From contig NW_025963924.1 of the NCBI RefSeq assembly GCF_023055435.1, positions 682,001 to 746,000 of the forward strand: a stretch of 64,000 nucleotides of DNA, in the 5' to 3' direction. Numbering within the stretch: the stretch's first letter is position 1; every line of letters starts with the position of its first letter. The position numbers were made by a program, and so were the translations under genes. Below the pieces are notes generated by a model. The model saw only the letters and a list, made by a program, of their open reading frames with translations. It was not told where the DNA came from and ran no database searches. Below are positions 1 through 11,989 of the stretch, piece by piece. Source of the DNA: Haliotis rufescens. Taxonomy: Eukaryota.

Positions 1-2607
1 TAATTGTATTTATTTCACAATTATACTTTGGACATTAGACTGATTTTGTTTTCGTTTTCATAAATACTTTCATAGAATTGAATTACTACTCTGTAATTTA
101 ATTCCTTTATAAATTCTGATACTTAAGTAGAGCTACCGAAGTAGTTTCATCATACGACATCATGGGTTTTGATGAGTGTTGCCAATAGTTTTATTCATCT
201 GTAAACCGTGAAGTTTATTTGAGCAATCTTAAGAAGCTTCAATTACCCACACGTATCCCAATCTGTATTGTCTTTTCCCATCTTTTCATCTGTTTCCCCA
301 CAAAAGGTGCCGAGACGAACTAAATGCCCTTGAGTTTGTAGGTTGATTATACACGTTTATGCACTAACAACATCATTATTGTTTCCTTTGTCTTCTTTTC
401 TAAACACCGCGTCTTTATACTTTCTTCTTTCTATCCGTTTTGTCCCTCCCCTTCAACATTTTGTCCCCGTCCTATCCCATCGGTCCTTCCTCCCAGCTCC
501 TCGCACTGCACCTACTAAATACATGCCTCATAAAAGACACCTCTCCTCCGCTAATGTGTGTTTTATAGAGCCTTTACCACAGCTAATGCTCCTAGCTTGT
601 AATGTTCTTTTATTGAGGACGCCATCAAAGGAGACTTGTGTGAGCCAAGGTCCTTACCTTCCCCTTAAAGCACACTTGTATAGTCGACACGAAAAACCTA
701 TCTCGCCAAACTTGCCCGGAATAATGACTGTTGAAAGATGTGCATCTGAAGAGCCCCATATGACGGTGAAATCCCCCAAGGAACAAAACGGCGTTTGTCC
801 GCTCTGGTCTTTTGAGTGACACGGTGTGTACCTGTGTTAGACCTTTGCGAATCATTGGAGTGGGAATCGCTAGTTACACACTGGCGCAATCAGGAGTTAA
901 GCAGCGTAACAATCTCCACACGGGGAAATCAGACCCTGCGGAGAGTCGTTGTAGCCTTCTTAGGACCAAGATCGCTTTGTTTTCCCGTTCAAACAAAAGG
1001 GGAGAATTGATGGCGCTCACTTGCTTTGAGAGCGTGCACAAGTTGATGGTTTTTACGGACAAGGGTTAATAAAAGTGCATTAAAGACACTAAATAGTTTA
1101 TGGACATTGTGAGTGTACGTTAGTACTCTGTACGTCTTTACAACAACAGCCTAGAGCGTATGACCGCTTCCGGCGGCCTTTGGTCCCGTGTGCAACAACC
1201 CTAAGATCCGACATCTTCAAAGTTCGCATAGTGGCAAAATCATACACAATGTGCCACAAGACCAAGCCTGTTGAAACAGTTGAAAATCGATACAACATAG
1301 ATGAGACATATTTAATTGCCCGAAGCGTTCCCAGGTCTCCACATAGAGTAATTGTGACCCCAGCACGCCCACACTCCTGTGTTTTGCTCGTGCAGCACAC
1401 TGAAGCACCACTAAACTCAGCAATAGGTTATAAACTCGGACGGGTACTCAGCTTTCAAGTAGCCACATTGTATTTTTGTTTTCACTGTCTGACTCTGGCT
1501 GCAAGACAAGCGGTCTTAGATAGGCCTGGCTTCCTTTCTCACCATGACGGTTTGTGGTATTTGAAAAAGAGTATGAAAATGTTTATGGTGGATCGAAGGG
1601 ATCTTGACACATCCATTAACCTGAAGACGGCGACAATGAATGCAAAGCCGTTGGGTACTTGGGGCAAGACATCATAACACGAGTGACATGAGGTGGTATA
1701 TAGGGGGGCATGAAATGAAAACAACGCTCATCTAAAGACTGCCAATTAAAACAACTTTACCGTCCACAACACCATAACGCCACAACACCATAACGCGATA
1801 ACCTTGCACTGAAGATGCAGAAAGGCGAGTCTGGTTTGCCATCTTTGCTTGACATCAAGAATTCTTTTTTATGATGCTTGAGTTCAGCAGCTACTCAATG
1901 CAGCAACAAATAGACCCGGGCTCTTCGCCGTGTTCAAGAATAACATTCAGGTTGAAAATATTCTTACATCCAATATACGTATTACTCTGTTCGTGTATTA
2001 TTTTTAGTTTATTGAAGTGCATTGGAATCGCATCGTCGGTGCTATGCCATGGACGAAGTCTTGTTCTGAAAAAAAAACTGTTGTTGAAGTCAGCATCGTG
2101 TATTGTTTTATTACGTACTCTGAATACATAATTTTCACAGGTAGGTGTTTTATGGACAAGAATTAGTTTACGATATAGTTTATTAATATTTGTAATGTAG
2201 GTTCAAAATATGGTAAATATGGAAATCTGTCTTAAAGACGCTATTTTATACATTACACATTCACAACGTTTTTTTCCATCGCAAAATGATCACAAACGAA
2301 TGAGCCCCCTCACGAAAACAACAAGGAAAAGAAATTCGGAAAACATTTCTATTGAATTTGAAATATTTATTTGATCGCTATATTCCGACGAACAATAGAA
2401 ACCCGGAAACAAAATCAAGTTGTTTTAACAACCTCCTAATATTTTGACAAAAGTTGATAAGCAACATCTACATTTCACAGCACGAGTCAGAGGAAACTCT
2501 TGTTGAACATTGTGTCAATAGGAAAGTTGCAGATGAGACACTGGGCGATGACGTTGGGTAAGCCGTGCGCGGTCATCTTCAGCGTACAGCCCCGTCAACG
2601 TGGACGC

Positions 2608-5099
2608 GTAACTGTTGAAGTCGACGTGTAGCCCCAGTGTAACTGTTGAAGTCGACGTGTAGCCCAGTACAACTGTTGAAGTCGATGTGTAGCCCCAGTG
2701 TAACTGTTAAAGTCGATGTGTAGCCCCAATGTAACTGTTGAAGTCGATGTGTAGCCCCAGTGTAACTGTTGAAGTCGACGTGTAGCCCCAGTGTAACTGT
2801 TGAAGTCGATGTGTAGCCCCAGTGTAACTGTTAAAGTCGATGTGTAGCCCCAATGTAACTGTTGAAGTCGATGTGTAGCCCCAGTACAACTGTTGAAGTC
2901 GATGTGTAGCCCCAGTGTAACTGTTAAAGTCGATGTGTAGCCCAAATGTAACTGTTGAAGTCGATGTGTAGCCCCAGTGTAACTGTTGAAGTCGACGTGT
3001 AGACTCAGTGTAACTGTTTAATTCGATGTGTAGCCCCAGTGTAACTGTTGAAGTCGACGCGTATACTAAGTGTAACTGTTGAAGTCGACGCGTAGCCCCA
3101 GTGTAACTGTTGAAGTCGATGTGTAGCCCCAGTGTAACTGTTGAAGTCGACGTGTAGACCCAGTGTAACTGTAGAAGTCGGCGCGCAACCCCAGTATAAC
3201 TATTGAAGTCGACGCGCAACCCGAGTGTAACTGTTGAAGTCGACGCGTAGCCCAAGAGTAACTGTTGAAGTCGACGTGTAGCCCAAATGGAACTGTTGAA
3301 GTCGACACGTAACCCAATGTAACTGTTGAAGTCGACTTGTAGCCCCAGCGTAACTGTTGAAGTTGACGTGTAGACCCAATGTAACTGTTGAAGATGACAC
3401 GTAACCACTATGTTACTGTTGAAGTCGACGTGTAGCCCCAAGCGTAACTGTTGAAGTCGACGTGTAGCCCCAAGCGTAACTGTTGAAGTTGACGTGTAGA
3501 CCCAATATAACTGTTGAAGTCGACGTGTAGACACAGTGTAACTGTTGAAGTCGACGTGTAGACCCAATGTTACTGTTAAAGTCAACGTGTAGCCCCAGCG
3601 TAACTGTTGAAGTCGACGTGTAGACCCAATGTAACTGTTGAAGTCGACGTGTAGACACAGTGTAACTGTTGAAGTCGACGTGTAGACCCAATGTTACTGT
3701 TAAAGTCGACGTGTAGCCCCAGCGTAACTGTTGAAGTCGACGTGTAGCCCCAGTGTTACTGTTGAAGTCGACACGTAACCCAAGAGTAACTGTTGAAGTC
3801 GACGCGCAAACCCCTGTGTAACTGTTGAAGTCGACATGTAACCTAAGTGTAACTGTTGAAGTCGACGTGTAGCCCCAGTACAACTGTTGAAGTCGACGTG
3901 TAGCCCCAAGCGTAACTGTTGAAGTTGACGTATAGACCCAATATAACTGTTGAAGTCGACGTGTAGACACAGTGTAACTGTTGAAGTCGACGTGTAGCCC
4001 CAGTGTAACTGTTGCTGTCGACACGTAACCCCAGTGCAACTGTTGAAGTCGACTTGTAGCCCCAGTGTAACTGTTGAAGTCGACGCGTAACCCAAGTATA
4101 ACTGTTGAAGTCGACGTGTAGCCCAGTACAACTGTTGAAGTCGACGTGTAGCCCCAGCGTAACTGTTGAAGTCGACGTGTAGACCCAATGTAACTGTTGA
4201 AGTCGACGCGCAAACCCCAGTGTATCTGTTGAAGTCGATGTGTAGCCCCAGTGTAACTGTTGAAGTCGACGCGTAACCCCAGTGTAACTGTTGAAGTCGA
4301 CGTGTAGCCCCAGTGTAACTGTTGAAGTCGACGTGTAGCCCCAGTGTAACTGTTGAAGTCGACGCGTAACCCAAGTATAACTGTTGAAGTCGATGTGTAG
4401 CCCCAGCGTAACTGTTGAAGTCGACGTGTAGCCCCAGCGTAACTGTTGAAGTCGACGTGTAGCCCCAGTGTAACTGTTGAAGTCGACGTGTAGCCCCAGT
4501 GTAACTGTTGCTGTCGACACGTAACCCCAGTGTAACTGTTGAAGTCGACTTGTAGCCCCAGTGTAACTGTTGAAGTCGACGCGTAACCCAAGTATAACTG
4601 TTGAAGTCGACGTGTAGCCCCAGTGTAACTGTTGAAGTCGACGTGTAGACCCAGCGTAACTGTTGCTGTCGACACGTAACCCCAGTGAAACTGTTGAAGT
4701 CGACGTGTAGCCCCAGTGTAACTGTTGAAGTCGACGTGTAGCCCCAGTGTAACTGTTGCTGTCGACACGTAACCCCAGTGTAACTGTTGAAGTCGATGTG
4801 TAGCCCCAGTGTATCTGTTGAAGTCGACGTGTAGCCCCAGTGCAACTGTTGAAGTTGACGTGTATTCACAGTGTAACTGTTGAAGTCGACACGTAACCCC
4901 AGTGTAACTGTTTAAGTCGACGCGTAACCCCAGTGTAACTGTTTAAGTCGACACGTAACCCCAGTGTAACTGTTTAAGTAGACGCGTTACCCCAGTGTAA
5001 CTGTTTAAATCAACACGTAATCTCAGTGTAACTGTTTAGGCAGACGCGTACCCAAAGTGTAACTGTTAAAGTCGACGCGTAACCCCAGTGTAACTGTTG
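2608..5099. repeat. 31-bp minisatellite (~80 units), consensus GTAACTGTTGAAGTCGACGTGTAGCCCCAGT
   Basis: Head-to-tail units are directly visible, with 30/32-bp variants. They generate the frame-cycling ORFs at 2595-4869. Confidence 0.97.
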
Positions 5100-5689
5100 G
5101 CCCTACCATGGGTTCCTGTGGTGTGTTGAGTTGTTCCGTTGTGTTCCATCTGGATGTGTGGCAGTGACTCGGGGCCTGTCACTAGGTGGTCGATCCTTGG
5201 TGCTGTGGTGGCATTAAATCTCGCCTACAGGCGATAGTGGCGATTTGAACTTTCACTGTAACAGCCACATTGCGAACACTTTCCCACCCCAAAGCCGAAC
5301 AGTGGCTCTTTTTCTTTTCAAAAGACATGTCAAATGAGTTATACAAATCACGAGTGTGCTTTTAAAAACATTGATTGCACGGACATGCCGTGCACCTTGT
5401 GACCTTTGAATGCCATGTCAAAATGTTTTTTAACATTTCAAATCAATGTTTGATGTCATGAATTTATTGATTTTTCATGTGGCCATTGAGACTTCATCAA
5501 GTAAAATGGGCTGTTAGGGCGTTTTGGAAATAAATATGACTGAAAATTATGCCTAAATATATTAGTATCGTTTACCAACATATATCATTCGCGTGTCTTT
5601 TGTCGTTCAGTATATTTGAAGCGTTTGTAAATGAATGTGTTTGCTCCTAATAGCTTAATGTGCACTGACGTTGGCAGCGGGTGTCGGTA

Positions 5690-5880
5690 CTGGACAAATA
5701 GGTCTCAACTACCGGATAGGAGAAGGACAATGTGTGACCAAGCTGATAGTGTTTCATCACACGACGTCGGTATGGATCACCGCTCATGCTATCACTCACT
5801 GATATGTCTGATCCAGATTCGATATCTTTCAGGCCGTCGTCGAACACTGCATTATTCCTGAATGTGAACAAAAAACAACT
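5690..5880 (+). mobile_element. Old, diverged SINE family A-like copy
   Basis: Degenerate matches to the family A body (ATCACTCACTGATATGTCTGATCCAGATTCGAT) and tail (ATTCCTGAATGTGAACAAAAAAC). Confidence 0.5.
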
Positions 5881-7349
5881 TTCATTCACTTTTAACGACT
5901 TTACATAAATGAAACGACAATGTATTATCCTTCATGTCCTCAGTGATCAGTAAAAATTATAAATTTTGTAAAATCTCCTCTTAAACTCTGCAAAGGAAGC
6001 ATACTTGTTCTTATTCGTTATATTAACTGTTAAACAACAACAAACAAACAAACAGTAGATTTCCCAGTCATGTTTGTAAGCCCCCAAAGAACACCATACT
6101 TAATGTCAACACCTCTAACTTTCCATGCATGTATACCACCACATTTTGATCTCGTGTTGGACTTGTGTCCTACCCTGACATTGATGGCGTTCGTTCATCC
6201 TCATCACGCCCCGCATCCTTCATCAGAACACACCAATTATTACACTTTCTTATCCGGAATTATTCCACAACACCAAACAACCCACACCTTTACCCTGATA
6301 TCATCCATAGGTAGTTTAAATTAAAAAACATATATCTGTCGATTACCTTGTACCAAAAAAATGGCGCAGTCCACTCACTCACCCTGGGTATAACCCTAGT
6401 GTATACCACACTACATCGTTCCTGCCTTAATGACCACTCACGACCCGAAATATTAGATAATAGCGAGCCAATATGCCCTCATTATGCGCTCCATCAAACC
6501 CAAAGTGATAGCAATACCGCGACAAACGGGAGCCCTGTCCCCAGCTTCCCTATCGCTCGTAAACGGAAGTACTTCTCCTTTGCCCAAAAAGCATCTGTCC
6601 AAGGCGATGTTCAAATGCATTGTTTCCAAGCACAAATATTTAGTCTATCACCAGCGTCCTCTTCTCATGCGCGTTCCGTGTTTTCCTTCATGCAAGACTC
6701 TCGTAAACCTCCATTTAGTGTCCATTATCTTATTAGCCGGTTAATGTTCCCGTCACTCTCGGCCTCGTTTTCGTTTCAGTCCGCCACGACACTTCCGAGC
6801 AGCGAGTCTAAATCAGCAAACTCCATGCAGTGCTTTTTCCTTCGGAGCTGTCATTGTTTGTATGGCTAATCGTCCGATTACGACACCCATTTCATGCCCC
6901 GGGGTCACAACACTTGTTTGTGGATGAGTTCCGTTCATATAAAGCTCAAGCAAGTTTATCTGTCAATTCGCAGACTAATCATTTCAGATAGAACATGCGG
7001 GCTCTGACACGAGGCCGACAACTTCGTCAGTGTAGGGAGTAAATTGACGGCACGCGATCACGAATGTCTATAATGACCCAGCGATATTTTTAACACATGT
7101 CTGCGTAACTGTCTGTCATAAAATGGCCTATGACAAGCGGTTAAAATCAAATAGTTTTTGGTTATATTTCTTGATTGGTACAGCCATTCAAACATTGGTA
7201 ATAAGGTGTCATTTCTGCAATCACAACAGAGATAGATGCAGCTTGTTTCTGCACGAAAGTAAGAAACATGTCAACTCAAATTTCAATGCCTGTTAAGACT
7301 CATCTTAATTATTTTAAATTATTTGGCTCAAGCAGGACACGCATATAAC

Positions 7350-7565
7350 TGTAGTGTTTGAATGTTGTTTTATGCCGCTGCCTCAAATTTTACAGCGGTA
7401 TCACAGCGACCTGTTATTGATAGGGCCTGGACAAACCAGTGGTTGATAGCATGAGTAATGATCCACGGCGTCGGGGTACGATGATACATAATAATGCACC
7501 GTTACTATTCTGTCCCCATTTTGTCGGCGCTTTCAAGCATTGGAAACTTCGGACTCATTCTAACG
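7350..7565 (-). mobile_element. Old, diverged SINE family A-like copy
   Basis: TGTTGTTTTATGCCGC tail complement; CCAGTGGTTGATAGCATGAG and GATCCACG...TACGATGA body remnants. Confidence 0.5.
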
Positions 7566-7844
7566 GGGTAATATACCTCATGGTCAACGAGGATTGAACT
7601 CAAACCCTTCAATTCAGTTTTCATTTTCACCCGGGGGGCCAAGCGCTGTGTACTGTGCAGAGTTGTGTCCCATAGACGCACCAGAATCCCCTGATCGTTG
7701 GTTCGAATCCCAGATTCACCATGATTATTGTTCTAGGTGTGTCAGCACCATACCCGTGCATATGGGTTTCTCTAAATTTAATAATAAAACACGTCTTAAA
7801 CGCTTTGGCTTTCCTCTCACATTAAACAGACATACGGGGGGCAT

Positions 7845-8114
7845 GGGGGGCACGGGGGACCCAGTCGTATCAGGCGGCGCTATTCGCGGTGCAGAGTTGC
7901 ATCCCTTTGGCGCACCAGGAACCTATGATCGTGGGTTCGAATCCCGGTTCGCCCCGATTATGATCTTGGTTTGTCAGCACTAAGTATTGGTTACCAAAGT
8001 GGTAAACATCTAAGACTTGCATCACTTTCGGCGTTTCTCCCACATAAAGCAGACATGCCGTGATATGACTAGAATACCGTTCAAAGCGGCTTTGAACCCA
8101 ACTCACTCACTCAC
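7845..8114 (+). mobile_element. tRNA-derived SINE family D (Leu/Ser-like head); a partial tandem copy lies at ~7630-7830
   Basis: B box CGTGGGTTCGAATCCC; body GTTTGTCAGCAC...GTAAACATCTAAGACTTGCATCAC shared with the copies at 8449-8848, 21274-21488 and 60793-60880; (ACTC)n tail. Confidence 0.75.
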
Positions 8115-8448
8115 TAAACAGACATACTGTGATATAACGGAAACTCAGTTCAAAGCACCGTTATAACCAACGAAAAGACTCACTATTTCATTAATTGCGA
8201 TATGTGATATTTGCAAAATGTTAAAACGTTAGTGTTGATCATACTGTTTGCCATTTTGGATGTCTTGAAACGATATGCCTCATGCAGTCAAGTAGACTGC
8301 GTCCAACTCAAACTCCCCTCACCGACAGTAAAGGTCAGCTAGGAGGTTCTAGAGTGCTAAACCTACATATCTGTTTATTGTAGGAAGGTAATGTGTTGCA
8401 CGTCATAATTACAATGCGGTTTAACGTATTTAGTTACATGGCAGTTTA

Positions 8449-8848
8449 AGGGGCCCCGGTTCGCCCTGGCTATGGATCCAGGTTTGTCAGCACACTATCC
8501 ATGAAGGTAAACGTTGAAGATTAATATCACTACGAGTTTCGTCAGCAACCCATGCTTGTCGTAAAAGGTGACTATGCTTGTCGTTAGAGGCGACTAACGG
8601 GATCAGGTGGCCAGGCTCGCTGACTTGGTTGAGGCATGTCATCGTATTCCAGTTGCGTAGATCGATGCTCATGGTATCAATTACTGGATTATCTGGTCCA
8701 GACTCGATTATCGCCGTCACATAGCTGGAATATTGCTGAGTGCGGCGTCAATCAACAAACAAAGGGAACAAACAAACACTACGGGCTTTCCTGTCACACG
8801 AACCTGACACGCCGTGATATAACTGAAGTGCCAAACTCACTCACTCAC
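8449..8848 (+). mobile_element. SINE family D copy interrupted by a family A SINE (8535-8776)
   Basis: Family D body on both sides. The insert is flanked by the TSD CACTACG (8528-8534 / 8777-8783). Confidence 0.8.
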
Positions 8849-8862
8849 TTTAAAGAATAACA

Positions 8863-9006
8863 GTGAGTATGGGTTAACGCCGCTTTTAGCAATATTCCAG
8901 CAATATCACGGCGGGGGACACCAGAAATGTACCCATGTCGGGAATAGAACCCGGGTCTTCGGCGTGACGAGCGAACGCTTTAACCACAAGGCTTCCTGAC
9001 CGCCCC
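8863..9006 (-). mobile_element. tRNA-Asp-like SINE family B
   Basis: Reverse complement of the 59711-59882 copy; 13-bp TSD TTAAAGAATAACA (8850-8862 / 9007-9019). Confidence 0.93.
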
Positions 9007-9029
9007 TTAAAGAATAACAAGGCTTGGGA

Positions 9030-9430
9030 CAATCTAAAGGTGTATATTCATGAACACGAATTTCATTTAGAAATTGTAAACGTCCTAAAATGTGTACCTT
9101 TATTTGAAATTTCTCAGTTGAAAAAAGCTTCTAAATATCGATATTGATAAATGCCGTACTGCACTCTCCCACTATCGTTGTAGTTCTCATACACTCCATA
9201 CTGAAGTAGAGAGAAATCATAATGTCCCAAGATTTTGTAACATCTGTAATACTGGTCTTATCGAAAACGAATACCATTTTCTGTTAATTTGTAAAACATA
9301 TAATAATCTCAGACATAAATACATTCCAGGAAAATACTTTGTCCATCCCAAATTAAATAGGTTTAGCATATTGTTGTCATCTTGCAATTCTGAACATTTC
9401 ATTATTTGCATTCCATGCCCTGAGTGTTAG
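9030..9430 (+). mobile_element. 3' fragment of a non-LTR retrotransposon ORF2 (RTE-X/CR1-group-like), C-terminal CCHC region
   Basis: Translates to ...RTALSHYRCSSHTL... and RFCNICNTGLIENEYHFLLICKTYNNLRHKYI, the CxxC...E-x-HFLL-xC zinc-knuckle motif; homologous to 34660-34900. Confidence 0.85.
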
Positions 9431-9804
9431 ACCATTGTGGACTACCTTTCTGTACAATAGACCTTCATGTGTGAGGTGACACGCCGTGATTTAACATAAC
9501 TTACGCATACCTTTTTCTTTTTTTCTATTTTATTTCCTGTTATGAATATAGAGTTAGGTACATACGTGGGTAAATCGTTAAATTGTTTCTTAGGTTCTGT
9601 GGCTCATAATGTTTAAGCCAATGGGCGTCCGACGTGATTGATTCGGCAGTCAGGTTTTAAGAACAGCCCATATCACTGATGTTGTACTCATTTAGTAAAA
9701 CAAATCATGGATAAGTTGGCGAATAAGATAATTAATAATCTGTTAATTAGAATTTGTATCCATGCCAGTTCTGGAAATATGTTATTCCCTGTCTATGTCT
9801 TTAC

Positions 9805-10057
9805 GACTCGTGAAGATCCGGGGTAGAATAGGTCTTCAGCAACCCATGCCTGCCATAAAAGGCGACTATGCTTGTCGTAAGAGGCGACTAACGGGATCGG
9901 GTAGTCCGGCTCGCTGACTTGGTTGATGCATGTCAACGTATCCCAATTGCGCGGATCGATGCTCATGATGTCAATCACTGGATTGTCTGGTCCAGACTCG
10001 ATTATTTACAAACCGCCGTCTTATAGCTGGAATATTGCTGAGTGCGACAAACAAAAT
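9805..10057 (+). mobile_element. Near full-length SINE family A
   Basis: GACTCGTGAAGATCCGGGGTAGAATAGGTCTTCAGC...GTCGTAAGAGGCGACTAACGGG...GCTGGAATATTGCTGAGTGCG; TCTATGTCTT is repeated on both flanks (probable TSD). Confidence 0.92.
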
Positions 10058-11989
10058 CTATGTCTTAACTGTTTCTGTGCTTGCATTTGCCATTTGAGTA
10101 ACGTCTCTCTTTTAAAAGAAGTGAGACCATTTGCACATAAGATACTTTGCGAAAAGCTTAAAATGAGATAATTATCAACTTGATTTTGTTCATTCAATCT
10201 AGACATTACTCCCCCCCTCTCTGTGTCAAATTTGAATCTTAAGTACTATTTTTTTGCATTATGAATCATACGGAATATGTTTTAGTCCATGTCTCACACC
10301 TATATGTACTAACTCTGTTGAGTGTTCTTTACAGATAATCAAATACGGTGTTAAATATAAGGGTGTGGACTGCAGAATAATATTTTTGTCAATTCATCAT
10401 GATATGCATTATTTACATAACATGAAAACATTATTTCGTGTATATCTTGCGAAACATTCTGCTTAAAAACACATCTCTCGGTGCATATCCAGTGCATATA
10501 TCATAACCTCAAATAAAATCCAATTCGTTCTCATTCCGTTAAGTGTCGTTGAAAAAAACATTGCCACAAATACCTTACAAAATGTTAATACCAAGACGTT
10601 TATATTTCTGTGTCCGTTCAGCTCTTGTTCATCCAGTGAATATAAAGACTCAGAAAAAACAACTTTACTTTCGTGTGCAAGTGCGGTGTAATTGTGCCCT
10701 ATATCATGTTGCTCAAATGGATATGTTGCTAACATGAAACGCAAACTAGGGGATGGGTGAAGACCTATGGATAAAACACAAGTGGCCTTTTCATAAAAAT
10801 ACATTCATCTAATGTACCAGCCTTGGGGCAAATTGCCTCTGCTCTGGTTGTACTGAGTTACCATGTTGAAGTGAGGAGTTTCACAGTGTCAATATTTGGC
10901 CAAATGTATGCCGCGTTTACTAAAAATATTTGTCAAAGTTGTCGAAGCTGTTTTCACGAGTTCAAATGTTTAAAGTAAAGTTTTGAATTGCAAAATTGTC
11001 ATGCAGTTTTCGAAATATATTTTGTTTTCAGAGCTGATGCTGTTAAGAAATATGTGTTGTTATATTCACAAACGTTAAGGATTCATTGAAACATTCTTTC
11101 ATTTAATGATACAAAACCTCGAGTTAAAACGGCTAAAAAAATAGATCAACAATTTCCATTAACGATATATATTGCTGTTTTGAAAAATCTGAAAGGATCC
11201 GAGATTTATTGCAACACGATTTGATAAGAATATATGTGTTTTATATAGTTTCTAAAACTTAAATTAATCAGCAAAACCCCATAGTTTTCATTACGTAAAC
11301 CACTGATGTCGGTTCGAATCCCAGATTTTGATCCGTAGACTATCGGCACCTTGAACGTGATAATTGGTTTCGCCAAAGTTGTAAATGTCTTTCTATATTC
11401 ATTACTTGCGTCACTTCGGGTTTTCCTCCAAATTAAACCAATCTCAATCACACTAAACCCATAAAAGAAGAGGTGTGACAAGGGACATTTTTACCCATAG
11501 TATCTGCATAATTTCGGAAATCAGTAAAACCTATATATATTTTTTTATTATGAGACTGTCGCATGAAAGAGAATAAGGCTTTGTCTATAATAACATGTGC
11601 ATGTTTTGGTCTTATAACAACTTTGAATGTACAGGTTTGGCTAAAGGTTGTCTAAAAGGTTTATGAGGTTTTTAGAAATCATTTGAGTAATATTTGAACA
11701 TTAGCAAGTCTTTGACTGGAAATGATATTCACCGATCACAATCTTGCTCATAGATGGAATTTCTCTTGAAGTAAAAAAACAACGTCCTTCATCACTCAGT
11801 TTCAGCAAAATGTTTTTTTCAGATAATCCATAGCACAGAGCAAGTATTTCAGAGTTTAAGTTTAAGATTTGACATTTCCAGTGTACCAAAATGGGCCCTT
11901 ATTCCAGCTCTTTCGTTTGTTACAAACTGAGGGGCAACAGAACGTGTACCGAGTTTTTTTTTCTATGTAATTGAAAACAGAACAAATTA

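Noticed and set aside
745-800. Hammerhead-like CTGAAGA...GAAA motifs (also at ~1809-1830)
   Set aside because: No stem III plus NUH cleavage triplet and no stem I complement could be formed.
343-2131. Cluster of 60-165 aa ORFs
   Set aside because: No recognisable domains; overlapping on both strands; lengths compatible with chance.
2595-4869. Long ORFs of 225-451 aa
   Set aside because: The 31-bp unit cycles through all three frames; artefact of a stop-poor repeat.
2608-5099. CRISPR-like array (constant plus variable part)
   Set aside because: The variable parts are ~13 nt, homologous to each other and not unique spacers; no cas genes; eukaryotic context.
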